Assembly: GCA_038729465.1 (NCBI GenBank)
Contig: JAVYRZ010000004.1
Location: 19,860-83,859 of the forward strand
Source: Thermoplasmata archaeon
GTDB taxonomy: Archaea > Thermoplasmatota > Thermoplasmata > Thermoplasmatales > ARK-15
DNA length: 64,000 bases
Direction of reading: 5' to 3'
Positions 46,324 to 55,747 of this stretch are shown in pieces. The position numbers and the translations under genes are program-made. Numbering within the stretch: position 1 is the stretch's first letter; each line of letters begins with the position of its first letter. The notes under the pieces were generated by a model that searched no databases, had not been told where the DNA came from, and worked only from the letters and a program-made list of their open reading frames with translations.

Positions 46324-49098
46324 ATGAATAGTGATATTGAAAAGAAATGGCAGAACCTATGGAACTCTAAAAAGATATTTGAACCTAAATTAGATAAAAA
46401 CAAAAAGAAGTTTTTTATTACTGTCCCATATCCATATGCAAATGGCCCGTTACATATTGGGCATGGAAGAGCATATACTGTCGGAGATGTAATTGCAAGG
46501 TTTAAGCGGGCTCAGGGTTACAATGTTTTGTTTCCAATGGCCTTTCATGTTTCTGGCACTCCGATTCTCGCTATATCCGATATGATAAAAAACAAAGATC
46601 CTGAAATAATAAATCTATATATATCATATTTGAAGCTATATGAAAACGATGATGAAAAGATTAAAGAGATTTTAAATGATTTTGCTTCCCCATATAATGT
46701 TGCAATTTATTTTGCTGAAAAAATTCAAGAAGATTTTAAAAGTTTAGGATTATCTATTGACTGGACTAGAAAATTTCATACTGCAGAAAAGCAATATAAT
46801 AAATTTGTAGAATGGCAATTTAAAAAGCTTTATAGTTTAAATTTAATAAAGAAGGGAGATTATCCGATCACATTTAGCATAAAAGACCAGAATCCGGTTG
46901 GAGAAGATGATATTAAGGAGGGAGATACAGACAAAGTATCAATACTTGAATTTACAAGCATTAAATTCAGCTTTGAAGATGGATATCTTTTGGCCAGCAC
47001 CCTGAGACCTGAAACGGTATTTGGGGTAACAAATCTATGGATTAATCCTAATTCAGAGTACTTTAAAGTACGCATCTCGGATAAGCTGTACTTTGTTTCA
47101 AAAGAAGCTTTTGAAAAACTAGAGTATCAGATAGAAAATGTGAAAAGCATAGAAAAATTAAAAGGCACATATTTTATTGATAAAACTGCAAAGTTAGATA
47201 TTCTTGACAGAGCAGTTCCAATATTGCCAGCAGAGTTTGTAGACCCAGATAATGCAACCGGCATAGTATACTCTGTTCCTGCGCATGCACCTTATGACTT
47301 TATTGCTTTAAGAGATCTAAAGCAAAACGAGAATTATGCGCAATTAAATATAACACCGATAAAAATAATTGATCTTCCAAATTATAAGACGTTCCCTGCC
47401 GAAGAAGTATGTAAAAAACTGAATATTAAAGATCAAAATGATGTAAAGCTGGAAGAAGCCACGAAGATCATCTATAAAGATGAGTTTTATAATGGCATTT
47501 TAAATGAAAAATGTGGCCAATTTCAAGGGTTGAAGATCTCTGAAATAAAAGACAATGTTCAGAAGTGGCTACTGGAAACCGGAAATGCAATGTTATTTTA
47601 CGAGCTGTCCAGAAAAACTATGACCAGAGGTGGCAATAAGGTCATTGCTTCGATAGTGCATGGGCAATGGTTCATTGACTACAAAGATCAAAAGTTAAAA
47701 ACCATGGCGCATAATTTAGTTTCAAAGATGGATATTTATCCTGAAAAATATAAGCAACAATTTAATGAAGTAATTGATTGGTTAAGAGAAAGACCATGCG
47801 CCAGAAGAAGGGGATTAGGAACAAATCTTCCATTTGAAGATGGTTGGGTTATTGAATCACTTTCAGACTCAACGATATATATGGTTTTATATACCATAAT
47901 CAATTACATAAGAGAATATAACATATCTCCCGAAGATCTCACTTATGAATTTTTTGAATCCTTGTTTTTGGATGCAGAGTATGATGGAGCTGTTGCACCA
48001 GAATTGATGCAAAATATTAAAGAATCATTTAAATACTGGTATCCAAACGATATCAGGGTCACAAGCACTCCGCATATCAGCAATCATCTTACATTTTTTA
48101 TAATGAATCATGCTGCAATATTTCCAGAAGTTTACTGGCCTAAGGCATTAGGAATACTTGGCGTGCTAATAAGAGAAGGCGCTAAAATGTCAAAATCTAA
48201 AGGAAATGTGGTGCCGCTCTCTTCAGTATCAAATAAGTATTCAGCCGATCTATATAGATTATATATCGTATCTACAACAGATATAGATAGTGAAATGGAC
48301 TGGAGAGAATCTGAAGTTGAAGGGTTAGAAAGAAAATTTGAAAGATTTGAAGAACTTATTAATGAATCTGTTGAAGTAAATAAAATAAAAGAGATGGATT
48401 CGTTAGATCTATGGCTATTATCTAGATTTTATTCTAAACTGAAAGATGCAAAGGCAAAGATGTCACAATATAAGTTCAGGGATGCGGTCATAGAAATATT
48501 TTTCAATTTTATGATCGATATAAAATATTACGAGAAAAGAAAAGGAAAAGAAAGTAGAAGAAAAATAATACGCAATATAATGGAAGATTGGTTAATAAGT
48601 TTGTCTCCCGTAATACCTCATATATGCGAAGAATACTGGCATAAGCTGGGCTATGAAAATTTCATATCTTTACAGCTCTTCCCAGAAACAAACGAGAAAT
48701 TAATAAACAAAAATATAGAATATGAGGTAGAATATGTAGAATCTGTTTTATCTGACATTATGCATATATTAGAATTGCTAAAAAATAGATCAAATACTGT
48801 ATATATATATACTTTGAACGAAGCCAGGCAACATATCTTGGATCTTGCTTTGAAAGAAGACAGAAAGATTCTTATGAGTTCTCTTAAGAACAAAGAAGAT
48901 ATTTTATTTGCAAACAAACTTTATTCCGGCAACATACTAAAAAGTTACAGGAAAATAGACGAACCTGAGCTGCTCAAAGAGTCTAGTAAATACATTGAGA
49001 ATGAGATCGGGTTGAAGCTAGTAATAAACGGTGATTATGACCCTAAAAACAAGAAAAATTATGCACTTCCAAATAAACCGTCTATATACATAGAATAA
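46324..49098 (+). CDS. leuS: leucyl-tRNA synthetase (archaeal type)
   Basis: 924 aa with the HIGH motif (PYANGPLHIGH), the KMSKS motif (KMSKSKGN) and a CP1 editing insertion. Confidence 0.95.
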   Translation: MNSDIEKKWQNLWNSKKIFEPKLDKNKKKFFITVPYPYANGPLHIGHGRAYTVGDVIARFKRAQGYNVLFPMAFHVSGTPILAISDMIKNKDPEIINLYISYLKLYENDDEKIKEILNDFASPYNVAIYFAEKIQEDFKSLGLSIDWTRKFHTAEKQYNKFVEWQFKKLYSLNLIKKGDYPITFSIKDQNPVGEDDIKEGDTDKVSILEFTSIKFSFEDGYLLASTLRPETVFGVTNLWINPNSEYFKVRISDKLYFVSKEAFEKLEYQIENVKSIEKLKGTYFIDKTAKLDILDRAVPILPAEFVDPDNATGIVYSVPAHAPYDFIALRDLKQNENYAQLNITPIKIIDLPNYKTFPAEEVCKKLNIKDQNDVKLEEATKIIYKDEFYNGILNEKCGQFQGLKISEIKDNVQKWLLETGNAMLFYELSRKTMTRGGNKVIASIVHGQWFIDYKDQKLKTMAHNLVSKMDIYPEKYKQQFNEVIDWLRERPCARRRGLGTNLPFEDGWVIESLSDSTIYMVLYTIINYIREYNISPEDLTYEFFESLFLDAEYDGAVAPELMQNIKESFKYWYPNDIRVTSTPHISNHLTFFIMNHAAIFPEVYWPKALGILGVLIREGAKMSKSKGNVVPLSSVSNKYSADLYRLYIVSTTDIDSEMDWRESEVEGLERKFERFEELINESVEVNKIKEMDSLDLWLLSRFYSKLKDAKAKMSQYKFRDAVIEIFFNFMIDIKYYEKRKGKESRRKIIRNIMEDWLISLSPVIPHICEEYWHKLGYENFISLQLFPETNEKLINKNIEYEVEYVESVLSDIMHILELLKNRSNTVYIYTLNEARQHILDLALKEDRKILMSSLKNKEDILFANKLYSGNILKSYRKIDEPELLKESSKYIENEIGLKLVINGDYDPKNKKNYALPNKPSIYIE

Positions 49099-50043
49099 TC
49101 ATGGATGATACCAGTCAATCTGTATAAACTCTTTCCCATCCGTAAGTATCAGTTTTTTATTTACACCGTGCGCTAATCTTACGCCTCTTGCAATATCTTC
49201 CATCTTTTCATCCCTGAAAAATAGATGTACGAGATACTCTGCATGTTCTTTTATGCTATTGCCATATGCTCTAAAATCTGCTCCAAACTTAAATCCAGCC
49301 TTTAAAAATAAACCATCATCCATCATTTTTTTGTACACTTTATACTTTAACTCGAATAAAATATCTCTTTCTTTAGCATAATGAAAAAATTCGTTATTGC
49401 TTAGTCCATTCAACACTAAAATTCCTTTTTCTATAAGATATTCTGATTCTAATAAAGATAAAGTAATAAGCAACCCTGACTTTTTACCAAATGCACCTAT
49501 TTCTTTTGACTTTTCTAATATTACATTTTTCTCCAATAATGTCCCAGATAAGCTATCTTTAATGTTATTATTAAAACCACCTTTCAAAACAGGGTTGCTT
49601 AACATAAAATATGTGATCTCTAGATCCTCATCAATTACTGCTATGATATGGTTCCCAAACTCATTAATTTGCTCCACTATTTTTTCAAATTTTACAAATG
49701 ATCCTAAATCATAAGCTATGACCCTCTGGACTGTGCCATTTTTCAAAACTTCTAAAAAGGTATTATTTACCTTAATTTTATACCCTTTGTTTTTAAGATC
49801 ACGATATATATAATACTCAGCTCCAAATCTTGGATCTAATGCAACAGAATACTGAAATAATGATATAAAATCTTTATCTTTTAGCTCTAACTTTTTATTC
49901 TCTAGAAGATAACATGCTTCTATTAATGATAATTTTAGCCTGTTCTTATTAAAAGTTCCTAAAAAGCCATTGTTATATAATTTATTTGACTCAGACTTAT
50001 TAGTGATTATTATAAAGTCAGTTTTTAAAGATGCTGTGGTCAT
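49099..50043 (-). CDS. endA: tRNA-splicing endonuclease, duplicated two-domain type
   Basis: 314 aa. An N-terminal degenerate repeat precedes the C-terminal catalytic repeat with GFKFGADFRAYG and HAEYLVH. Confidence 0.75.
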   Translation of the reverse strand: MTTASLKTDFIIITNKSESNKLYNNGFLGTFNKNRLKLSLIEACYLLENKKLELKDKDFISLFQYSVALDPRFGAEYYIYRDLKNKGYKIKVNNTFLEVLKNGTVQRVIAYDLGSFVKFEKIVEQINEFGNHIIAVIDEDLEITYFMLSNPVLKGGFNNNIKDSLSGTLLEKNVILEKSKEIGAFGKKSGLLITLSLLESEYLIEKGILVLNGLSNNEFFHYAKERDILFELKYKVYKKMMDDGLFLKAGFKFGADFRAYGNSIKEHAEYLVHLFFRDEKMEDIARGVRLAHGVNKKLILTDGKEFIQIDWYHP

Positions 50044-50573
50044 GCTATTAGTTTCCTACTTTCTTTATTGTATATAGATTCACAGATCCATTTTAAAGTA
50101 TTTAAAATATTATCCCCGTTTTTAGCACTAACTATTGCATAAGTAGCTTTAAATTTATTTGCTAGCGCTTTCAAATCTTCTTCCCAGAATAGAGAATGGT
50201 ATTTAGAGTCAGATTTGTTTCCTAAAAATACAATATTTATGTTTCCTACCGTTTTTATAATTTTATCTGCAATCTCTTCTGCTGCATGAAGTGATTCTAT
50301 ACTCGTAACATCAGTTACTATCATTCCAACTTTTGTGTTTTTTAATTTCTGTAAATAGAGATTATCAGAATCCTGCTCTGAAATTAATAATGTCAAAAAT
50401 ATTTTCCCGTCAACAGTTTCACAATCCATCTTTTTTTGAAAGAATTCTCCCTTATCTAGTTTTTTCGGAACATCAGCAAATATATCATATACTATCCTGT
50501 TAATTATCGAAGTTTTACCAGCCCCTTTAGGGCCTAAAAACATTATTTTCCAAGTAATGATATTATCCGCCAT
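50040..50573 (-). CDS. Ras-superfamily-like small GTPase with divergent switch II
   Basis: G1 GPKGAGKTS, G4 GNKSD and G5 SAK are present. The canonical G3 DxxGQ is replaced by LLISEQDS. It overlaps endA by 4 nt. Confidence 0.6.
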   Translation of the reverse strand: MADNIITWKIMFLGPKGAGKTSIINRIVYDIFADVPKKLDKGEFFQKKMDCETVDGKIFLTLLISEQDSDNLYLQKLKNTKVGMIVTDVTSIESLHAAEEIADKIIKTVGNINIVFLGNKSDSKYHSLFWEEDLKALANKFKATYAIVSAKNGDNILNTLKWICESIYNKESRKLIA

Positions 50574-50765
50574 CAGGTCATTAATTGTTATTTTATATTT
50601 AATACTTTTCTAATATTGCACTCTATTCAATGAATAAAATTATTACCTAGGTTGGTTTTTTAAAGATTATGTTTTTTATTTTATTTTGCTTGCTTGAAAT
50701 CAGAGTTTCACTCTAATAAAATATATATTACAACATTTAAAAAGTTAGTATAGCAAAAATCAAAA

Positions 50766-51131
50766 CTATGCTGATTTTGACCGCGCAATTTTTTCTATTA
50801 TTTGTTTTAGAGCATTTGCATTGTTATAAGTTAATTCTTTAGATCCAAATAAGAAAATGATATCCTCTTTTTTTGATAGAATCTTGTTTAAAAATTCTGA
50901 AAATGCTGGATTGTGTAAAAGCTCAATCTCATATTTACTCAAAAATTCAGCCCATTTTCCAGGATCATGGTTAAACCATTTTCTCAGAGAATCAGATGGC
51001 GCAAATCCTCTAGCCCAAAGATCTAATTTAACATTCTCTTTTTTGACTCCTCTTGGCCATAGCCTGTCTACCAGGATCCTATATCCGTCTCTCTGGCAAC
51101 TATAAACTCTACAAACTATTATTTCCGACAT
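50766..51131 (-). CDS. DUF488-family protein
   Basis: ILVDRLWPRGVKKE...LWARGFAPSDSLRKWFNHDPGKWAEF matches the DUF488 pattern. Length is 121 aa. Confidence 0.75.
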   Translation of the reverse strand: MSEIIVCRVYSCQRDGYRILVDRLWPRGVKKENVKLDLWARGFAPSDSLRKWFNHDPGKWAEFLSKYEIELLHNPAFSEFLNKILSKKEDIIFLFGSKELTYNNANALKQIIEKIARSKSA

Positions 51132-51175
51132 GTTCCACCCATTTTTATTTATTCTTTATATTGAGATTTTTTATG

Positions 51176-51847
51176 TTATTTATCTCCTTTGCTATCTCTT
51201 ATCTCCTTTAATGCCTCTTTATCCCTAGAGTATAAGTAAGGTGCAAGATCCAGTGATTCGGGACTATTTTTTAATTTTCTTTTATACACATCTCTTAAGT
51301 GCCGGTCAATTTCTCTGCAATAATCATCCCATTTCACGCCAAGTGATTCAACATACTCCTTCTCAATTTTAGTCGCAATCTCATGAGCATATGGATATTC
51401 ATAAGCGTCATCAGATAACCATTTTTCAGGAATCTCATGATGTCTGTCTATCGATATGCGCGTGTCTACTTTCTTACCATCCACCTCAATGATCTTAGGA
51501 AAATGCTCGTCCAGAAAAACTGTTTTACCATCTATAGAATAGCCGCCAGTATATTTTATATCGTGCTCAGTATCAACTTTAATCTGGTCTCCAGTTTTAA
51601 AATCGATGACTGTCCCTATTTCTTCTCCATTTAAAAATACATGCTCTTTCTCATCTATCTGTATGATAGTACCTCTTTTAATATCTACTCTGGATATTAT
51701 TTTAGCATAAGATGGTGTTTTATAATTTATTGCTACAATCGTGTATCTTTCAGTATAACTATCCTTCTTTTTGCCGTGCTCTATAACCTCATAGTCGTCC
51801 ATAAAAAACAATACTGATTGATCATATATAAACATTATGTAGATCAT
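51176..51847 (-). CDS. hypothetical protein
   Basis: 223-aa ORF. The first roughly 15 codons look like translated promoter, so the start is probably at MDDYEV (about 51802). It is acidic and Lys-rich, and no family was recognised. Confidence 0.4.
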   Translation of the reverse strand: MIYIMFIYDQSVLFFMDDYEVIEHGKKKDSYTERYTIVAINYKTPSYAKIISRVDIKRGTIIQIDEKEHVFLNGEEIGTVIDFKTGDQIKVDTEHDIKYTGGYSIDGKTVFLDEHFPKIIEVDGKKVDTRISIDRHHEIPEKWLSDDAYEYPYAHEIATKIEKEYVESLGVKWDDYCREIDRHLRDVYKRKLKNSPESLDLAPYLYSRDKEALKEIRDSKGDK

Positions 51848-52143
51848 AAATCTATAAAGACCAATCGAATGAAATAATGTTATTAATACAAAATTTCATT
51901 ATTATTGCGACCTTAATATCTTTTTCTACTTTTTATATTAACTTAAAGTGGACAGCATAAAAATAAAAGATGAAAAACACATTAATGAAATGTATGATAT
52001 ATATGATTTAAATATTTTCAAAAATAAAATTTTTATGATGAATATATTAAATTAAAAATTTATTATTTAATAAAAAATCTAAAAACGATTATTTTTTTAC
52101 TATTTTAAAAAATTATAAATAGATAATTGCAATTATCTTATTT

Positions 52144-52998
52144 ATGTACAGCATAGGGTTGATCTATTTTTTATTGATACTAATCACTTCTGTTTGTGCA
52201 GGGATGTTAGGTGCTATGGCAGGTTTAGGGGGTGGAATATTAATTGTACCATTTTTAACGGCACTTCTAAATGTTAATGTTGATTATGCCATAGGAGCGT
52301 CTATCATTGCGGTGATAGCTACTTCTAGCGGTTCTGCATACGCCTATGTCAAAGAAAAAGTATCAAATATAAGAATAGGCACCTTTTTAGTTCTTTTTAC
52401 TGTCCCTGGGGCTATTATCGGCGCAGTAATCGAAGGATTTACTCAGCCAAAATATTTATTTTTGGTGTTTGGCTTAGTTATGTTTATTTCCATATTTGCA
52501 ATGTATAAAAAGATTAAAGAGAAAGAGAATTTGGATCCAGTAGTAGTTGATGATAAACTTGCAGATAAGTTAAAACTTCATTCTAAATATTATGATGCCA
52601 GGTTAAAAAGAGAGATTAAATATAAAGTTCAACGTGTAAAAGAGGGATCCTTGGTAATGTTTTTTGCCGGTATCGCTTCAGGACTTCTGGGTATAGGATC
52701 TGGAGCATTTAATGTCCTTGGCCTAGATATGATCATGAAATTGCCTATCAAGGTATCCACCACGACCTCTAATTTTATGATAGGGATAACTGCTGCGGCT
52801 AGTGCAGGCATATATTTCTTGAGAGGAGATGTAGATCCATTTATTGCCGCACCTGTGGCCATAGGAGTTCTTATAGGAGCAGTGGGTGGTGCCAGGATTT
52901 TGTTGAAAATAAATAGTAATACTGTAAGAGTGATATTTTTGGCGATTTTGTTTGCGATGGGTGTAGACATGATAATAAAAGGTATAGGAGGTATATGA
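52144..52998 (+). CDS. TauE/SafE-family anion (sulfite/organosulfonate) transporter
   Basis: 284 aa with about 8 TM segments. The duplicated GxGGG-rich helices (GAMAGLGGGILIVPFL and GLLGIGSGAF) are typical of the DUF81/TauE family. Confidence 0.8.
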   Translation: MYSIGLIYFLLILITSVCAGMLGAMAGLGGGILIVPFLTALLNVNVDYAIGASIIAVIATSSGSAYAYVKEKVSNIRIGTFLVLFTVPGAIIGAVIEGFTQPKYLFLVFGLVMFISIFAMYKKIKEKENLDPVVVDDKLADKLKLHSKYYDARLKREIKYKVQRVKEGSLVMFFAGIASGLLGIGSGAFNVLGLDMIMKLPIKVSTTTSNFMIGITAAASAGIYFLRGDVDPFIAAPVAIGVLIGAVGGARILLKINSNTVRVIFLAILFAMGVDMIIKGIGGI

Positions 52999-53414
52999 AA
53001 ATGAACGTGAATATAAAAGAAGAGGAAAGAATTGAGGCAAAAGTTTTGAGCTCTTTTTTGAAATGGAGCGTTATAGTGTCTGCGATGGTAATCACTGCTG
53101 GAATAGTAATACTAATAACACTTTGCAGTACTGGATATGGTTCCTCAAATATCTGCCTATTACTGGGGCAGATAAAAGGTACAAATGTTTTTCCTGTATC
53201 TGTTCTGAGTGTTTTTTCAGGAATATTACAGGAAAAATCCTTCGCAATAATACAGCTAGGTATTTTGTTTTTAATAGCAAGTCCTTTTATCAGAGTGTTA
53301 CTTCAGACTGGAATCTACGTAAAAGAAAAGGATAAACTATTCACATTGATATCCACAGTAGTATTTATATTCCTCATAGTTTCTATTATATTACCTACAT
53401 TGATTAAAATGTAA
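52995..53414 (+). CDS. DUF1634-like small membrane protein
   Basis: 139 aa with 4 TM segments. It overlaps the TauE gene by 4 nt. This size and pairing are typical of DUF1634 partners of TauE genes. Confidence 0.5.
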   Translation: MKMNVNIKEEERIEAKVLSSFLKWSVIVSAMVITAGIVILITLCSTGYGSSNICLLLGQIKGTNVFPVSVLSVFSGILQEKSFAIIQLGILFLIASPFIRVLLQTGIYVKEKDKLFTLISTVVFIFLIVSIILPTLIKM

Positions 53415-53506
53415 GTCCAACAAAAATGCCAAGGAATTTAATTTCAGATACGAATATTTTTAGAGCTTATCTCAAATTATTTTAAATATAAATAAGTAAA
53501 AAATTT

Positions 53507-55747
53507 TTATAGCCCTTTATATGGGTTTGGTCCGATCGATTTTATATACTCTACAAAATTATTTATGATCTTGTCTACCTTATTCCAGTCTGATATTTCC
53601 ACCTGCTCTAGTTTTAGTCTTTCTGACTCTAATGCAAGTCTCTGAAACGTTTCTTGCATGTTTTCAATTCTCTTGCTTGCCAGTTCAGATCCTCTAATAA
53701 AGTGGCACTGATAATCTTCTCCAAACTTGCAACCCATTAAAAGTATTCCATCGATTCCCTTGGAAAGTGCGTCAGCTATGAAAATGGTATTTACTGACCC
53801 CAGACATCTAACCGGTATTATTCTCACAAATTCACTGTAACTTATGCGGTTCTTAGACGCCATGTCCAGTGCGGGGTAAGCATCATTCTCGCAGGCAAAT
53901 ACCAATATTCTAGGTTTATCCTCCTCTTCGGGAACTACTATAGATTTTATAGTACTTGAAACCACATCCACTGAATACTGTTTAAAAGAGATTGCCTGTG
54001 CAGGGCAGGCGCCTAGACAGGCGCCGCAAGCCCTACACCGGAGTGGATTATAGAGTGGGTAGGTTTTGTCATCTTCATTCAGAGCTCCAAATGGACACTC
54101 TTCAGTACATCTCCTGCACTGTGTGCATCTTTGCATAGAAATTGTAAGGTGATCTAGATCTCCTACTCTAGTTTGGCCTGTTATCTCACCTCTAGATATT
54201 TCCTCTACTGCCTGAATAGCCTTTAAAGCCGCGCCTTTTGCATCAAGTTCGCAGTTAAGGACTGTCATAGGAGATCGAACAGTACCGGCAGCATATATGC
54301 CGGTTCTTCTACTTTCATATGGAAAGCATATATAATGAGAGTCTGGAAAACCGTCTCTCAATGTTGGCAATTCAGGGCCCTGTCTATACTGTAGATTAAG
54401 TATATGCTTACCGCTCTTAAGAGCTTCTACAGACTCAACTGGCACTGATTGAATATGCGAATAAATTGGAGCACCGGCATCAGGATACTCTTCCTTTACA
54501 GTGTAAAGACCATATAACGAGGATAGCATGCCTGTAGCCAGCGTTATAATGTCTACTTTTACACGTATATCTTTGCCCAAAAGCGTATCTTTTACGTATA
54601 TTGAAAATTCTGAATTGCTGTTTTCACGGCCTATTTCTTCGACAGTACCCTTGGTTAAATAGATTCCTTCATCTTCCTGCACTTTTTTATAAAATTCCTC
54701 ATATATCCCGAGAGTTCTAATATCCTTATAGAAAATGTACACCTTTGAATCTTTTATACTCTTTCTTATTTCCAGTGCCTCTTTTAATGAGCTTAAACAG
54801 CATACAGTAGAGCAGTAAGGTATATTCTCTTTTTCCCTCTGCCCTGCACACAATATAAATGCAAAGTTTTTAGGATCTTTATTACTGGCTGTTTTGATGT
54901 TATTATCTTTCAACATTTTTTCAAGCTCTAGATTTGTTATGATATCTGGTTGCTTTCCATATTGATATTTATCAATCTTGCTGGCATCGTAAGGTTTCCA
55001 TCCGGTAGCTAAAACTATTGCACCGGCTCTGATATTTTCCACTACTCCATTATTCTTAAATGTTACATCAAACATTCCAGGCTGACCAGATATTGAGTCT
55101 ATTTCGCTTGAAGTATATACTTTTATTCTGTGATCATTTTCTAATTTACCTATTTTCTCGCCTATATATTTTGCAGCATCTACAGGCTCCTTATATGGAA
55201 ATTTACCAGGCAGGATCTCTTTGTATTCCCTGATTTTCCCACCTAGCTTTATATCTTTTTCAATCAAGTAAACTTTATAGTTTGCTTTAGCAATTTCCAA
55301 TGCTGCAGTAATGCCCGTGATTCCTCCACCAACCACCAGTATCTCCCGTGAAATATTTTCTATATCAGGCACCGGTAAATCTTTTTTTATGGCTGACACT
55401 ATGCCCATTCTCAGATAATCCTCCGCCATCATCTGTGTATTCTCATTTTTTTCATGAGACCATACCACTCCCTCTCTTAAATTTACACGCTCAGTAATTA
55501 CATCCTTGCCAAAATTAAAAATATCCTGCTTTTCACGCATAGAGCATGCTGCAATAACAACAGTATTAATTCCATTATCTATATCATCTCTGATATGCTT
55601 GGAATCAGAACAGAGAGTATCATATACTTTTACTGGAACTTTATACTCTTTTTCAGCGATATTTTTAAGTGCCTCAATATCCAGGTTCTTGCCTATATCA
55701 CAGCCACTGCAAATATATACACTAACTTTTTTAGCCACTTCACTCAC
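53507..55747 (-). CDS. qmoB: quinone-interacting membrane-bound oxidoreductase subunit B (HdrA-like flavoprotein with MvhD-like domain)
   Basis: 746 aa with an N-terminal YICSGCDIG and the FAD fold VVGGGITGITAALE. Two ferredoxin motifs are present (CTQCRRCTEECP and CRACGACLGACP). The C-terminal MvhD-like region reads ILVFACENDAYPALD. It overlaps qmoA by 8 nt. Confidence 0.85.
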   Translation of the reverse strand: MSEVAKKVSVYICSGCDIGKNLDIEALKNIAEKEYKVPVKVYDTLCSDSKHIRDDIDNGINTVVIAACSMREKQDIFNFGKDVITERVNLREGVVWSHEKNENTQMMAEDYLRMGIVSAIKKDLPVPDIENISREILVVGGGITGITAALEIAKANYKVYLIEKDIKLGGKIREYKEILPGKFPYKEPVDAAKYIGEKIGKLENDHRIKVYTSSEIDSISGQPGMFDVTFKNNGVVENIRAGAIVLATGWKPYDASKIDKYQYGKQPDIITNLELEKMLKDNNIKTASNKDPKNFAFILCAGQREKENIPYCSTVCCLSSLKEALEIRKSIKDSKVYIFYKDIRTLGIYEEFYKKVQEDEGIYLTKGTVEEIGRENSNSEFSIYVKDTLLGKDIRVKVDIITLATGMLSSLYGLYTVKEEYPDAGAPIYSHIQSVPVESVEALKSGKHILNLQYRQGPELPTLRDGFPDSHYICFPYESRRTGIYAAGTVRSPMTVLNCELDAKGAALKAIQAVEEISRGEITGQTRVGDLDHLTISMQRCTQCRRCTEECPFGALNEDDKTYPLYNPLRCRACGACLGACPAQAISFKQYSVDVVSSTIKSIVVPEEEDKPRILVFACENDAYPALDMASKNRISYSEFVRIIPVRCLGSVNTIFIADALSKGIDGILLMGCKFGEDYQCHFIRGSELASKRIENMQETFQRLALESERLKLEQVEISDWNKVDKIINNFVEYIKSIGPNPYKGL

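Noticed and set aside
52629-53095. Three minus-strand ORFs across the TauE/DUF1634 genes.
   Set aside because: They are opposite two translationally coupled membrane-protein genes with family-typical Gly-rich helices, and they lack features of their own.
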